A DNA stretch of 64,000 nt from Mobula hypostoma (Eukaryota), in the NCBI RefSeq assembly GCF_963921235.1, contig NC_086097.1, positions 148,554,001-148,618,000 on the forward strand. Reading direction: 5' to 3'. Below are positions 61,855 through 64,000 of the stretch, piece by piece (within the stretch, counting starts at the first letter, position 1; every line of letters starts with the position of its first letter). Below the pieces are notes generated by a model. It ran no database searches, was not told where the DNA came from, and saw only the letters and a program-made list of their open reading frames with translations. The position numbers were made by a program, and so were the translations under genes.

Positions 61855-63895
61855 AAGGTTTGCTAGTCCTGCACGGGGGTTGGGAAGAGGGTTTAAACCT
61901 ATGTTACAGGGGGTTGGGAAACAGTACACCAGAGCAGATAATGGAGTAGTTATGGGGAAAGATGTTGTTAAGCCCACTTACAAAAGTCTGGAATTGAAAG
62001 GTTTAGCATGTTCTGAACTAATGTTCTGAGTTGAGTATATTTCAATGCAAGTATTGTGGGAAAGGCAAATGAGCTTAGAGCATGGATCAATACATGGAAT
62101 TATGACACTGTAGTCAATAGTGAGAGGTGGTTGCAGGAGAGAAAGGACAGGCCGCTCAATGTTTGGGGTTCCAGTGTTTTAGACATGGTAGACTGGGAGT
62201 AAAAAGGGATGATGGCATTAGTAGTGTCATAGAGCCTTAGAAAACTACACCACAGAAACAAGCCCTTCGGCCCATCTAGTAATGTCATGGCAGTGCTCAG
62301 ACAGGACATATTGAAGAGCTCGTCTCCTGAGGTGATATGGGTGGAACTGAGGAATAAGAAAGGGATGACCATGCTAATATGATTATATTACAGACCACCC
62401 AACAGAGAGCAGGATTTAGAGGAGAAAATTTGTAGAGAGATCACAGACTTTTGGAAGATACATAAGATTCTAATAGTAGGTGATTTTAAATTTCCACATA
62501 TTGATTGGGACTCCCACACCGTAAAAAAGCTGGATAAGGTCGAGTTTATTAAATATGTTCAGGAAGGTTTCCTTAAACAATATATAGAGGTCCTGACTAG
62601 AGAGAGTTTCCCTATTAAGGAATGAGATAGTGCAGGTGACAGAAGTTTTTGACAGTTCTGTTGTTTATGTAAGGCTCTAAGAGTAAAATGGGAAATTTTA
62701 GGCCTGTGAGCTTGACATCAGTAGTAGGTAAGTTATTGGAAGATATTCAAAGGGACTGGATATATGAGTATTTGGATAGACAGGGATTGATTAGGAATAG
62801 TCAGCATGGCTTTGTGTGTTGTAAGCCAAGTCTAAGCAATCTTATAGAGCTTTTTATGAAAGTTACCAGGAAAGTGGATGAAGGCAAGGCAGTGGATATT
62901 ATCAAAGTGGACTTCAGTAAAGCCTTTGACAAGACCCTGCTTAGAAGATTGGTCAAGAAAGTTCTCTCGTATGAGACAGTAAATTGGATTAGACCTTGCT
63001 TTGTGGGAGAAGCCAGAGTGTGGTAGTTGATGGTGCCTCTCTGACTAGAGGCTTGTGACTAGTGGTGTGCCACAGGAACTGGTGTTGGGTTCATTGTTGT
63101 TTGTCATCTATATCAATGATCTGGATGATAGTATGGTAAATTGAATCAACAAATTTGCGGACAACACCAAGACTGGGAGTGTGGTGGACAATGAGGAGTG
63201 TACCAATTTTGTCCCTGCCTATCCTTTTGCTTTTAAAATATCTGTAGAAGCCCTTGGGGTTCTCCTTCCACCTTGTCTGTTGGAACAACCTCATGCCTTC
63301 CTTTAGCCCTCCTGATTTCCTTCTATCAATGCTTGCAGTGGGATCTGGACTAGCTGTAAAAATGGGCTGAAAAATAGCAGAGGGACATGTGAGGTGTTGC
63401 ACTTTGGGAGGACAAATCAAGGTAGGCCTGACATAGTGAGTGGTAAGGCACTACAGAATGCCATGTAACAGAGGAATCTGCAAACGCAGATCTAAAATTT
63501 CTAGGAAGTGGTTGATGATTTTGCTTTTGGCTCATTGGTCTTTATGGAAATATTCAGTACAGGAGAGGGGTATTATGTTGAAGTTTTATAAAACATTGAT
63601 GAAACCTAACTTGGAGTATTGTTGCTAAAAGTTCAAATTTCAAAGTAAATTTATTATCAAAGGATGTATGTTTCACTATATACAGCCCTAAGATTTATTT
63701 ATTGCAGGAAGTATATCAAAGATATATCAAACATTGAAAGCGATTTTTACAAAAATATTACCAGGACTTGAGGATCTGAGTTATAGGGAAAGGTTGAATA
63801 GGTTAGAACATTATTTACTAGAGTGTAGGAGAATGAAAGGAGATTTGATAGAGGTATATTAAATTACAACGGGTATAGATAGGGTAAATGCAAAA
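61855..63895 (+). mobile_element. Decayed CR1 ORF2 with internal deletion and small insertions
   Basis: [60 protein letters not shown]. Confidence 0.9.
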
Positions 63896-63898
63896 AAG

Positions 63899-64000
63899 CC
63901 TCTCATCATCTTATACACCTCTATCAGGTTACCTCTCATCCTCTGTCGCTCCAAGGAGAAAAGGCCAAGTTCACTCAACCTATTCTCATAAGGCATGCTC
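63899..64000 (-). mobile_element. CR1 fragment in opposite orientation, runs off the window
   Basis: Reverse complement corresponds to the same CR1 region as 63780-63870. Confidence 0.8.

Overview
Vertebrate non-coding DNA, most likely from a cartilaginous fish (ray-like; inferred from the repeat families, not proven). It is dominated by decayed and nested transposable elements, and no intact host protein-coding gene is recognisable. Contents: many CR1 LINEs (one young copy with a nearly intact ORF2, two near-full-length copies with zinc-finger/esterase ORF1), a truncated sushi/Tf1-type Gypsy, a solo LTR, two Mag-type Gypsy relics, Rex1/Babar and RTE fragments, V-domain and other tRNA-derived SINEs, two non-autonomous Tc1 copies, one Harbinger derivative, and about ten Penelope-like (PLE) terminal fragments. 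Most notable: (i) the PLE ends carry a minimal hammerhead-ribozyme fold with a palindromic helix III, and a subfamily shares a CUGCUGA core variant; (ii) six 0.6-0.9 kb non-coding, non-tRNA retroposon-like elements with AAGATGGC-type heads and Rex-like tails; (iii) a self-priming signature and a 63-bp heptad-coding repeat in the Gypsy element; (iv) a 10-nt ATG-containing microexon candidate in repeat-free DNA; (v) a 10-kb multi-level insertion nest with readable target-site duplications (TSDs). Family names come from motif recognition by eye. Boundaries without a TSD are approximate.
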